Positions 53,065-61,782 of a stretch of DNA of 64,000 nt are shown here, one piece after another. Source of the DNA: Chthoniobacterales bacterium (GTDB taxonomy: Bacteria > Verrucomicrobiota > Verrucomicrobiia > Chthoniobacterales > DASVRZ01); NCBI GenBank assembly GCA_036388355.1, contig DASVRZ010000135.1:5240-69239 (forward strand), given 5' to 3'. Position 1 is the first letter of the stretch. Every line of letters starts with the position of its first letter. The position numbers and the translations under genes are program-made. The notes beneath the pieces were generated by a model. The model had not been told where the DNA came from and made no database searches. It was given only the letters and a program-made list of their open reading frames with translations.

Positions 53065-54273
53065 ATGGCGAGCCGTTTTGCTTATTTATTGGAACGTTAC
53101 CCGGCGTTCACGCAGACGTTCATCGTTCGCGAGGTGGAGGAGATGCGTCGTCAGGGCGTGGATGCGCTCGTGGTCTCCCTTCGCGGGGGCGACACCGATG
53201 TGGCCGGTCACTTTCCGGCGAGCGCCACGTCCGACGTGCTCAATGGACCGGAGCCCGAAGCTCTAGTGGCGGAAATTAAGCGCCGCCGCGCTGCGGGTGA
53301 ACTGCCGAAGAAGATCAATCAACGCCTCGAAGCCTGGGGCAAGGAACCCGACAAACTCCGTCTCTACGAAGCCATTTGGGCGGGTGACCTCTTGCAAAAG
53401 CGCGGGGTGAAACACGTGCATGTGCACTTCGCCGGACTCGCCGCCCGCACGGCGTGTCTGATGAAAGAGTTGTATGGCATTTCGTTTAGTTTCACCGGAC
53501 ACGCGCAGGATATTTTCTGCAAAACGGACTACGCGCTCGATCTCGGAAAGCTCATTCGCGAAGCGACGGCCGTCGTGACAGTGGCGGAGTTTAGCGCGAA
53601 GCATTTGCAATTTACCTACCCGGCGATGGCTTGGAAGATTCATCGGGTTTACAACGGACTGGCCCTGCCCGCATTGCAGCCGGAGCGGAAGGAAACGGAG
53701 CCGCCGTTGATTTTGAGCGTGGGGCGGTTGATCGAGAAGAAAGGTTTCGCCGATCTGATTGCCGCCTGCGGGTTGCTGGTCGCGAAAGGGATCCAGTTCC
53801 AATGCCAAATTGTCGGCGATGGTCCACTGGAGGAAGCGCTGCAACGCAAAATAGAGGGGTGTGGAGCCGGGGAAGCGGTGAAGCTGGTAGGGCCGAAGTC
53901 GCAGACGGAGATCGAGCAGCTTTTGAAGAACACACGGGTTTTCGCTTTGGCGGCAGTCGTTCTGCCCGACGGGGACAGCGATAACCTGCCAACGGTCATC
54001 ACCGAAGCGATGGCTTCCGGCGTGCCGGTCGTCTCGACCCGGGTCGCAGGAATTCCAGAGCAGGTGGAGGACGGCCAGACAGGATTCTTAGTGGACGCAG
54101 GCGATGTGAATGCGCTCGCGGGAAGGCTGGAGGTGTTGTTAGGCGATAACGCGCTGGCGCACCGGATGGGCGATGCTGCTTTCGTAAAAGCGCAGGAGGA
54201 GTTCTCCCTCACATCAACGGTGGAAAAATTACGACAGCTTCTCCCACTCCGCCCATGGTGGAAGTTTTTCTAG
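53065..54273 (+). CDS. Glycosyltransferase family 4 (GT-B fold)
   Basis: LSVGRLIEKKGF and the E-x7-E region PTVITEAMASGVPVVSTRVAGIPEQVEDGQTGFLV. Confidence 0.82.
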   Translation: MASRFAYLLERYPAFTQTFIVREVEEMRRQGVDALVVSLRGGDTDVAGHFPASATSDVLNGPEPEALVAEIKRRRAAGELPKKINQRLEAWGKEPDKLRLYEAIWAGDLLQKRGVKHVHVHFAGLAARTACLMKELYGISFSFTGHAQDIFCKTDYALDLGKLIREATAVVTVAEFSAKHLQFTYPAMAWKIHRVYNGLALPALQPERKETEPPLILSVGRLIEKKGFADLIAACGLLVAKGIQFQCQIVGDGPLEEALQRKIEGCGAGEAVKLVGPKSQTEIEQLLKNTRVFALAAVVLPDGDSDNLPTVITEAMASGVPVVSTRVAGIPEQVEDGQTGFLVDAGDVNALAGRLEVLLGDNALAHRMGDAAFVKAQEEFSLTSTVEKLRQLLPLRPWWKFF

Positions 54274-54302
54274 AAAGCGACAGCTCGACCGGGCCTGTGG
54301 GA

Positions 54303-54413
54303 TCAAAACGCTCCGCGGCCGAATGTCGAAAAGAATAGCCAGCCTAACAACATAGCGATTCCAACAATTCCGACGAAGACGAAAACACAGCCCAAGCGTC
54401 CTCGTGAAGTCAT
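54303..54413 (-). CDS. Tentative 36-aa hydrophobic micro-ORF
   Basis: Own translation: MTSRGRLGCVFVFVGIVGIAMLLGWLFFSTFGRGAF. Below the track cutoff. No obvious SD. Confidence 0.2.
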   Translation of the reverse strand: MTSRGRLGCVFVFVGIVGIAMLLGWLFFSTFGRGAF

Positions 54414-54522
54414 GAATGTGTGAAGCTGCCTAACGTTCGCTGCATCCGCTGGTTAGGCTGCGTTCCGGTTCGATTGTAGAGCGAACCGCAAATATCGGTT
54501 CGCCGGCAAACCGCGAAAAAAG

Positions 54523-54645
54523 CTATGCCTTGTTGGCCATATCCTTCCGCAATTGCTTCAGTTCTCTCGTGACTTGATATATCCGAGCGTCGGCCTGAAT
54601 GATTTGGATGATGAGAAGGATGATGATGATAGTAAGCGGTTCCAT
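54523..54645 (-). CDS. Tentative 40-aa micro-ORF (TM helix + charged amphipathic tail)
   Basis: Own translation: MEPLTIIIILLIIQIIQADARIYQVTRELKQLRKDMANKA. Lies in a low-GC stretch. No obvious SD. Confidence 0.2.
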   Translation of the reverse strand: MEPLTIIIILLIIQIIQADARIYQVTRELKQLRKDMANKA

Positions 54646-54911
54646 ATAAGTAAGTTGGTCAGGATAGCAGAGCGCAAAGGAGGCTCATTTGGAACCAGAT
54701 TCGCTAAGCGTGCCGCTTCGGCAGCGCTGACGCCTAGGCAGAAAATGGTGTTGGAAGGAACTCACGGCAGCGATGATCAGCCGCTCTGGGTGATGATTGT
54801 CGGAGCGGAGTCCGTCGCAACGACTCGCCCTAGATTCAGGAACCAGGTGTTCCCCATCACGAGATAGGGCGATGGACGAACGAAGGGCTTGCTTGCCAGA
54901 CTGTCCGCGGA

Positions 54912-56192
54912 CTATTTCGCGATCGTGAACGTTTCGCCGGTTTCGGTTTCCTTGATCACCACCTGATCTTCGCGGAGGTCGAGCACGACGTATTTGCGTT
55001 TGCCGTCGTTTGGCAGCGTGAATTCCTGCCCGACCCGCAAGTGCTGCGCTTCTTCTGAGAAAGGGACTTTCACCGCCGCGTAGGAGGTGGCGGCGGGAGG
55101 TTGGACACCGGGGACGAGGCGAATCTTCTGTCCGTCTTTGTCGGTGACCACCATGTCGCTGCCGTCGTACGGTTCGCCGTCTTTGTCGTAGGATTTGCGG
55201 CCGCGAACTTTCGTGACGGTCCAGTCACCGACGGTCTCGCCTGTCTTTGCTTTCACTTGGGTGCCGGAGGCGTCCTGCAAAACTGCGGTGTCTTCCTCCA
55301 CCTTGCTTAGTGAATAAGGGAGACTTTCACGATGATAGCCGGCCCACCCTAGCTTGCCTGCGGATGGTGGATGGGAGGACGGATCAATTGGGCTGGTGTC
55401 GGCGAGAAATTCCTCGCTGTTCGTAAAGCCGTCCTCATCGGCATCTTTTGTGAAGATGTCTTTGTCGTTCAGGTCCAGGCCGTATTTCGCCCACCAAGCT
55501 TCCTCGGATGACGTTTTTAGCGACTTCAAATCTTTCAGCAACTCCGCACGCTCAGCAGGTTTCAGGGGCACTTCGGCGATAACTTCGGCGGGCACCTCGG
55601 GGGTTACTGCCTCTGCGGCTGCAGGCTCTGCGCCGGCTTCCAGGAGGAGCTTCTCGAGAGGAGCGTTACTGGCTTTGCGCGCATAGCCCAGCGGCGTAGC
55701 GCCTTCCGGGCTGGTGGTGTCCACTTCAGCGCCTGCTTTCAAAAGAGCTTTGGCGGCTTCGGTGTGACCTAACATGCTCGCCAACAGCAGTCCGCGGTTG
55801 AGATCGTCTTTGGAATGCTCTGCGAGCATTTCGATGGCTTCCACTTTGTTGCCATAGACGGCCTTCATCAGAGGCGTCCAGCCTTCCTTGTCTTTCTGGT
55901 CGTAAACAGCGCCTTGCTTGGTTAGCAGTTTAATAATCTTCGTCGCGTTGTTCTCGGCCGCGCCGATCAGCGCGGTGGAGCCGTTCCCAGCGGAAACGTT
56001 GACGTCCATTCCGCCATCGAGAAAGAGCCCGACCGCTTTCTCATCACCAGCGCGCGCGGCTCGGACAAAATCCTCTGCCGTGAACTGGTAATTCATCTTC
56101 AACAAATCCGACTTGGCGTGTCCCGAGTCGCGGCCGCAGGAGGTAAATAGGGCGACTGCTAGAAGGACGACAGCGGATTTGAGAGGAGTCAT
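54912..56192 (-). CDS. Ankyrin-repeat lipoprotein with TSP3-like acidic motif and C-terminal beta domain
   Basis: Lipobox LLAVALFTSC. About 4 ankyrin repeats (GSTALIGAAENNATKIIKLL, GWTPLMKAVYGNKVEAIEML, ...). DADEDGFTNSEEF motif. There is an ATGA overlap with the glgE stop. Confidence 0.8.
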   Translation of the reverse strand: MTPLKSAVVLLAVALFTSCGRDSGHAKSDLLKMNYQFTAEDFVRAARAGDEKAVGLFLDGGMDVNVSAGNGSTALIGAAENNATKIIKLLTKQGAVYDQKDKEGWTPLMKAVYGNKVEAIEMLAEHSKDDLNRGLLLASMLGHTEAAKALLKAGAEVDTTSPEGATPLGYARKASNAPLEKLLLEAGAEPAAAEAVTPEVPAEVIAEVPLKPAERAELLKDLKSLKTSSEEAWWAKYGLDLNDKDIFTKDADEDGFTNSEEFLADTSPIDPSSHPPSAGKLGWAGYHRESLPYSLSKVEEDTAVLQDASGTQVKAKTGETVGDWTVTKVRGRKSYDKDGEPYDGSDMVVTDKDGQKIRLVPGVQPPAATSYAAVKVPFSEEAQHLRVGQEFTLPNDGKRKYVVLDLREDQVVIKETETGETFTIAK

Positions 56193-58279
56193 GGGGCGCG
56201 GCGGATGCGGAGAATATGCGCCGGTTTGGAGTCGGGGTCCAGTTTCACAAACTGGCGGACGCCCTTCCAGGTAAACCGGTCGCCGGAGAGGAGGTCCTCT
56301 GCGAGGATCGTCTCGTCAGCGCCGATGCCCCACTGGCGCAGCGGAAGCTCGATGAATCCGCTTTGGGAGTAGGTGGCGTCGAGGTTCACGATGGTTAGGA
56401 GCGTGTTGTCTCCCGCGGGAGTGCGTTTGCTATAAGCTAGGAGCTGATCGTTCTCCACGCGGTGGAAACGCAGGTTGTCGTAGATCTGAAGCGCGCGGTT
56501 TTTGTGCCGGATGTGGTTTAGCGTGGTGATGAGCGGCTTGATGTTGCCGGGGCGATCCCAGTCGCGGGCTTTCCACTGATACTTCTCGGAATCGGTGTAT
56601 TCCTCTTTGCCGGGGGTCGGATCATTTTCGCAAAGCTCGAAGCCGCTGTAGATGCCGTAGATCGGCGAGAGGGTCGCGGCGAGGATGGCGCGGATCTTGA
56701 ACATGGAGCGTGGCGCATTTTGCAAGTGCCACGGGAGAATGTCGGGAGTGTTAGGAAATAGATTCGCTCGGAAGCAATCCTTCATCTCGGTCTGCGTGAG
56801 TTCGGTGAAATATTCCGTGAGCTCCTGCTTGGTGACGCGCCAGGTGAAGTAGGTGTAGCCTTGAGTGAAGCCTGCTTTTGCCAGGGCTTTCATCATTTTC
56901 GGCTTCGTGAAGGCCTCGCTGAGGAAGATGGTATCGGGATACTGGGCGCGGACTTCGGAGATGACGAATTCCCAAAATGCGACTGGCTTGGTGTGCGGAT
57001 TATCGACGCGGAAGGTGCGCACTTTGTGGCCGCACCAGAAGAGGATAATGTCGCGCATTTCCTGCCACAGATTTTTCCAGTCCTTGCAGTAGAAGTTCAG
57101 CGGATAAACGTCTTCGTATTTCTTGGGCGGGTTCTCGGCGTACTTGATCGTGCCGTCGGGGCGCTTGAAGAACCAATCCGGATGCTCGGCGACGTAAGGG
57201 TGATCCGGCGAGCTGTTGATCGCGAAATCGAGGGCGACTTCCATGCCGCGCTTCTCGATTTCTCCAACCAGCCAATCAAAATCTTCGAGAGTGCCGAGCT
57301 CGGGCGCAACATCCTTGTGGCCGCCGCCGTTGGGGCAGCCTTGATGGCGGTTGCCAATGGCGTAGGGCACGCCGGGTTCGCCGGGTTCGCAGGTGGTGGA
57401 GTTGTTGCGGCCTTTGCGATTGGAGAAGCCGATAGGGTGAATCGGCGGGAAATAGATGACGTCGAAGCCCATGGCCTTGGCGTCGTCGATGCGCGGCAGG
57501 CAATCGCGGAAGGTGGAGCCGCGGTCGGAGCGGCCCTCTGCGTTGCGCGGGAAGAATTCATACCAGGCGGCGAAGCCCGCCTCCTTGCGGTCTACGATGA
57601 CCTGCGGGTATGGCTTGAACTCGGTGGAGAGTGAGCGGTCCTGATGATGATGCATCAGGGCGATGAGCTCGGTGTTTTCGGAAATTCGGAAGACATCGGC
57701 GTTCGAGCCGGCGCGAATCTGCTCGGCAAAACGTTTGAGGATTTTTTTGTCGGCGGGCGGGCGCGCCTGTTTGGAGGCGGCTTCCACAATGGCCGCGCCT
57801 TCGAGGATTTCGCTGGTGAGATTGGTCAGACCGCCGTGAAATTTCTTCTCGTATTCGTGCTGCCAGGTTTGAAAAAGATCGGTCCAGGCCTCGACGGTGA
57901 CCTCGTAAGTGGCGACTTCGAAGAAAGAGCAGGAGCCTTCCCAGCGGTCGTTGACGATTGGGCTCATGACGGTCTGAAACCAGTTTTGGTCGCCGAGTTT
58001 GCGCCATTTGAGGCGGGCGGTGAGGATGTCGTGCCCGTCACGAAAGATATCGGCGGAGAGGATGAGATCGTCGCCAACAATGCGTTTGATCGGGTAAAGC
58101 CCGCCATCGAGGAGCGGGCTGACGTTTTCAATGACGACGGTGGTGCGGATGGTTGGGATCACAGGAAGATGGAAACAAAAAGGACAACGCGGGGCAAGGC
58201 CACTCTGGCTGGGGGAAACGTCGCTGACGTTCGAGGTTGGCGGATAAGAGGCGGCCGCAACGCAGGGAATGGCTCTCAT
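56189..58279 (-). CDS. glgE: Alpha-1,4-glucan:maltose-1-phosphate maltosyltransferase
   Basis: N-terminal DUF3416-type segment (VVIENVSPLLDGGLYPIKR), FRVDNPHTKP, and GH13_3 catalytic-region motifs. The exact start is uncertain. Confidence 0.88.
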   Translation of the reverse strand: MRAIPCVAAASYPPTSNVSDVSPSQSGLAPRCPFCFHLPVIPTIRTTVVIENVSPLLDGGLYPIKRIVGDDLILSADIFRDGHDILTARLKWRKLGDQNWFQTVMSPIVNDRWEGSCSFFEVATYEVTVEAWTDLFQTWQHEYEKKFHGGLTNLTSEILEGAAIVEAASKQARPPADKKILKRFAEQIRAGSNADVFRISENTELIALMHHHQDRSLSTEFKPYPQVIVDRKEAGFAAWYEFFPRNAEGRSDRGSTFRDCLPRIDDAKAMGFDVIYFPPIHPIGFSNRKGRNNSTTCEPGEPGVPYAIGNRHQGCPNGGGHKDVAPELGTLEDFDWLVGEIEKRGMEVALDFAINSSPDHPYVAEHPDWFFKRPDGTIKYAENPPKKYEDVYPLNFYCKDWKNLWQEMRDIILFWCGHKVRTFRVDNPHTKPVAFWEFVISEVRAQYPDTIFLSEAFTKPKMMKALAKAGFTQGYTYFTWRVTKQELTEYFTELTQTEMKDCFRANLFPNTPDILPWHLQNAPRSMFKIRAILAATLSPIYGIYSGFELCENDPTPGKEEYTDSEKYQWKARDWDRPGNIKPLITTLNHIRHKNRALQIYDNLRFHRVENDQLLAYSKRTPAGDNTLLTIVNLDATYSQSGFIELPLRQWGIGADETILAEDLLSGDRFTWKGVRQFVKLDPDSKPAHILRIRRAP

Positions 58280-58615
58280 TTTTGTGAGGCGTTCTCACTA
58301 CTGCGAGGCGTTTTAGGGGGCCTTCCCGTCGCCCGCTGGAGAAACGGTGACGCTTGTTCTTGTTAAGAAACATTGCTTTGGCCCCGACGGAGTGTCCTCA
58401 GCAGGAAACTGGATACTCCCACGGATTCACTGTCAGCCACCCACATGTTGCAACGACCTGCTTTCCTGATCGTGGGAACCCGGAAACCCTTGCCTACGCC
58501 CAGGATTCATTCCGAAGCGCAGTTGTTGCGAGCGCCTTTGAGCCAGAAGACAGCTCCCCAAACGCAAATCACCGGCGTTAACGATTCCCGAGCCGAGAGG
58601 TCGGCAGAACTGGGG

Positions 58616-60151
58616 CTAGCGGATGTCTTCCATCCAGGTTTTCACCAGGTAGCCGCTTACAACTCCATTGGAGATGGCGCCGAGGGCCTCGTCGAAATGG
58701 AAACCGGTATTGCCGGTCATCTTCGCTTTTTTAGCCACAATCGATCCATAAAAGTGGCCGCCGCCGGTAAAGTCGAAGGCATAATACGGGGCGTAAACCA
58801 CGCCCGTAAAATCCCCCTGCCCCGAGATATTAAATACTCGATCCTCGTATTGTTTGGGATTTGTAACGGGTAGAACCACTGGATCGACGCCGTAGATCTG
58901 AAGGTTGGCGGCTTTCCCCGAGCCGTTAGTGAAGGAGCCCGCGCCGATATTAACGTTGCCCTCGACATAGATCCGCAGAAAGACGTTTGTGCCCAAGGTG
59001 AATTTCGCTTGGGCGCTGATGCTCATATCGCCAGTGACCCAGATGTCGATATAAGCAGGTTTTGTGGGATCTGGATTAGTGACTTTGACATCGGCTTGGC
59101 TCCCGAGATCGATGCTGGTGGACTTGATTCGCACTGGCACCTCAGGATCGATGCTCGCAGCCAATTCTGTCGTGGAGTGACTGGTGAGAGTGTTGTTGTC
59201 GGTATACATCGGCCAGTTAGGTGTGGGCACTGCTGCAAATGACGTCTTGAAGTTATTCGCGACTTGTCCGGTAACTCCAGACGTGCCCAGAATAGTTCCT
59301 CGGTTAGACATGGCGTCGCCCTTTACCGTATTGCCGTTCAAGTTAGACAAGCTGCCATCCGCATTCGTAGCAATGTCTGCATTTTTTTGCGACTTGCTAG
59401 GGTCGTAGCGACCATTGGTGGATTTCAAGATGTTGCTGGAGTCGTAGCTATCAATCATGGCACCCCCAGTGAGGTTAATGGGGCCATTTGTCGTCATTGC
59501 ATTGGTACCGAGGACATTGTAATCCGGTTGGACGACTAGCTGCACGGTGCGGGAGGTCTGCGGGAGTTTGAGGACTCCGCCCGTGGCGTCGTTAGTAAAG
59601 TTGAGCTTCCGCAGATGGCTCTTGTGATTCTTTTTGCCGGAGAGCGTTCTAAGGGAGGCTTCCTCGGTTACAGATTTGGAGCCCGGGATCTCTGCCGTGC
59701 CCTTGGATCGTAGGGTGTACCAGCCTTTCTTGACCTCGGCCGGGGTGGTGGCAGTCGCCGCGGCCATCGACGGTGTCAGGGTCACAGTGGCAAACAGCTT
59801 GGTGTTGCCATCACCTGCATGAGCGGGGAGCGCGACTGGGGTGCTGCTTGCATGATAGGTGCGAGTCCAGCCGCCATCGGAAGTTTCCGTCCAGTCCGGT
59901 CCGGGAAAGCTGCCGCCGACGGGGTCGGGGTTGGCATTGATGGAAGCAATGGCAAGTTCCGCTCCGCATTCGGCTGCACGAAACGCTTCTTCCCAACTGG
60001 TGGAATGATAGGTGGCGCGATAATGGTTGGTAATCCGCGGAATCATGACGCCTGCGACCGACGCGAGAACGGTCATTACTCCAAGGGCCGTAAGCAGGGT
60101 GCTGCCGGCTGTGGTGCGCCTGAGGGCGGAGGCAAACAGGTTCGTTTTCAT
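58616..60151 (-). CDS. GspK/PilX-like large minor pseudopilin-associated protein (511 aa)
   Basis: N-terminus RRTTAGSTLLTALGVMTVLASVAG is a pseudopilin-like hydrophobic helix without Glu+5. The C-terminal block is GDFTGVVYAPYYAFDFTGGGHFYGSIVAKKAKMTGNTGFHFDEAL. Confidence 0.6.
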   Translation of the reverse strand: MKTNLFASALRRTTAGSTLLTALGVMTVLASVAGVMIPRITNHYRATYHSTSWEEAFRAAECGAELAIASINANPDPVGGSFPGPDWTETSDGGWTRTYHASSTPVALPAHAGDGNTKLFATVTLTPSMAAATATTPAEVKKGWYTLRSKGTAEIPGSKSVTEEASLRTLSGKKNHKSHLRKLNFTNDATGGVLKLPQTSRTVQLVVQPDYNVLGTNAMTTNGPINLTGGAMIDSYDSSNILKSTNGRYDPSKSQKNADIATNADGSLSNLNGNTVKGDAMSNRGTILGTSGVTGQVANNFKTSFAAVPTPNWPMYTDNNTLTSHSTTELAASIDPEVPVRIKSTSIDLGSQADVKVTNPDPTKPAYIDIWVTGDMSISAQAKFTLGTNVFLRIYVEGNVNIGAGSFTNGSGKAANLQIYGVDPVVLPVTNPKQYEDRVFNISGQGDFTGVVYAPYYAFDFTGGGHFYGSIVAKKAKMTGNTGFHFDEALGAISNGVVSGYLVKTWMEDIR

Positions 60152-60756
60152 ATCGATCGTTTGTTGAGGTTCCTCATGTAAATGGTCGCTGAACGGGTGG
60201 TTTTCAGGTCAGTGGAAGTCGCCATTCCTTTGAAGCGGGGCGAGAAGCTCAGTTGCGCGGTGACAGTGGAGGCGCTGGCTTCGAAGTTGAAATCGAAGTT
60301 ATCCACTTCGCTGGCGATTACCGAATGCGCTTCCTGCGTTCCGAATTTTACCTTCCGAATCAGAGCGCCATTATTCACCGAATAGGTGATCTCGTGTTCT
60401 TCGGTCGCCGCGCCGTAGGTCACATCGCTATTGGTAAACGAGAGATCCACTGGGGTCGCGTCTGAAGCAGGGTTGCCCTCGTCGTCGTAGGCGGAGTAAA
60501 ACGCTGGCACCTTAAGGGTGAGAACCTCGCTGCTGTAGGTGACTGAAAGCGCGCACCGTGCATCGCGGGCAATGTAATCGAGGGCACGAACTTGGTCGGC
60601 CGAAGCGGCCGCATAGTATTCGGTGGCTTTGTAGGAACGCTGCAGAGCGACTGAAGAGGTGATGAGGCCCGAAAGCATCATCGTACTCACGGCCAAGCCC
60701 ATCATGAGCTCGGTCATGGTGAAACCTGCGCTGGAACGAAAACGGTGGAGATGCAT
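60148..60756 (-). CDS. Prepilin-type N-terminal cleavage/methylation domain protein (GspJ-like pseudopilin)
   Basis: SSAG/FTMTELMMGLAVSTMMLSGL is a class III signal with Glu+5. Start at the ATG at 60756 (TAATG junction with the upstream gene). Confidence 0.8.
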   Translation of the reverse strand: MHLHRFRSSAGFTMTELMMGLAVSTMMLSGLITSSVALQRSYKATEYYAAASADQVRALDYIARDARCALSVTYSSEVLTLKVPAFYSAYDDEGNPASDATPVDLSFTNSDVTYGAATEEHEITYSVNNGALIRKVKFGTQEAHSVIASEVDNFDFNFEASASTVTAQLSFSPRFKGMATSTDLKTTRSATIYMRNLNKRSI

Positions 60757-61310
60757 TAGTCGTTCCTCCCGCTGCTGCCGCCCTGTGTGGACAACATATA
60801 GGCTTGGTGCGTGCGCGTCTGGCCCCTGGCGGACCATGTGCTGGTAACTGTAGTCATAATCGTCTGCTCGTTGGAGAGTGTGCCGTCGCCTGCCTTCACG
60901 GTGGAGATCGTCCCGCTGGCGTTGCGTGTCACGATGACGGTTGACGTGTGCATGGCAGGCGAGGCAGGCGCAGGAAACGCAGTCACCTGGACAACCACCT
61001 CGAGTCTCGCCAAGGCCGGGAATGTATTCCCAGAAAGAGCCCTGGTGATATCGACCGCGTCAGTTTGGGAATCGAAGGTAGTGTTGCGCATCTTATCGAG
61101 GATGTCGCGGGTGGATCCCTCGGCAGCGATGACTCCCTGACTGGAGCGCAGGAGCTGAAAAGCCTGGGTATTCAGAGCGAACATGCCGCTCATGAAGAGG
61201 ACCATGATGGTCGTGGCGATGAGGACTTCCACAAGGGTAAAAGCGGCCTCGGGCTGAGGCACAGAATTCTCCCTCGGAGCCCGCAGGCGGAAAGAAGAAA
61301 CAGCGTTCAT
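60756..61310 (-). CDS. Prepilin-type N-terminal cleavage/methylation domain protein (GspH/I-like pseudopilin)
   Basis: PEAA/FTLVEVLIATTIMVLFMSGMF is a class III signal with Glu+5. Confidence 0.8.
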   Translation of the reverse strand: MNAVSSFRLRAPRENSVPQPEAAFTLVEVLIATTIMVLFMSGMFALNTQAFQLLRSSQGVIAAEGSTRDILDKMRNTTFDSQTDAVDITRALSGNTFPALARLEVVVQVTAFPAPASPAMHTSTVIVTRNASGTISTVKAGDGTLSNEQTIMTTVTSTWSARGQTRTHQAYMLSTQGGSSGRND

Positions 61311-61782
61311 CTTGTCTTCTAATGGAGCATAGGGAGTGCCACTGGAAGGGCGGCGGGAGCTTTAATCTTGCGCATGCAACTCATTCATGAGAATTAACTG
61401 TTCAGAAGCGGGAGGCTTCCGGCTGTTGGGAGGTGCCGTGGCGAGGGCTGACGTTCAAGGCCCACCATGGCGCGGATGGTTCGGAGCAGCACTCTGGATT
61501 TGGATTTACACGACTGCCCCCGCCGCCGCTGCTCTAGCCTTGATCCCAGTATCCGGAGCCAGTGCTAATCGGCAGGATTGCACGATTCCACCTCTGTTTT
61601 TGGGAATCTAATATCTTTCGAAAAGTCCGCACCTACTCTCGCGCCTTGCTTTCCCCCGTTTCGGCATTCGGTGCCCATTCGAGCTGTAGTTCATAGACGT
61701 AGAACTTCGCTCGCGTTCTCCCGATAGCCGTCCTCGCGGCGTTTGCTTCCATCGCCCTTTTTACCCCTACCCAGAACGATCC

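Noticed and set aside
54553-54867. The 104-aa plus-strand ORF in the GT4 / ankyrin intergenic region.
   Set aside because: It has an odd composition (an Asp run and low complexity) and no motifs. It lies in a low-GC non-coding-looking stretch, antisense to a more plausible micro-ORF. I treat it as non-coding, possibly marking an antisense transcript.
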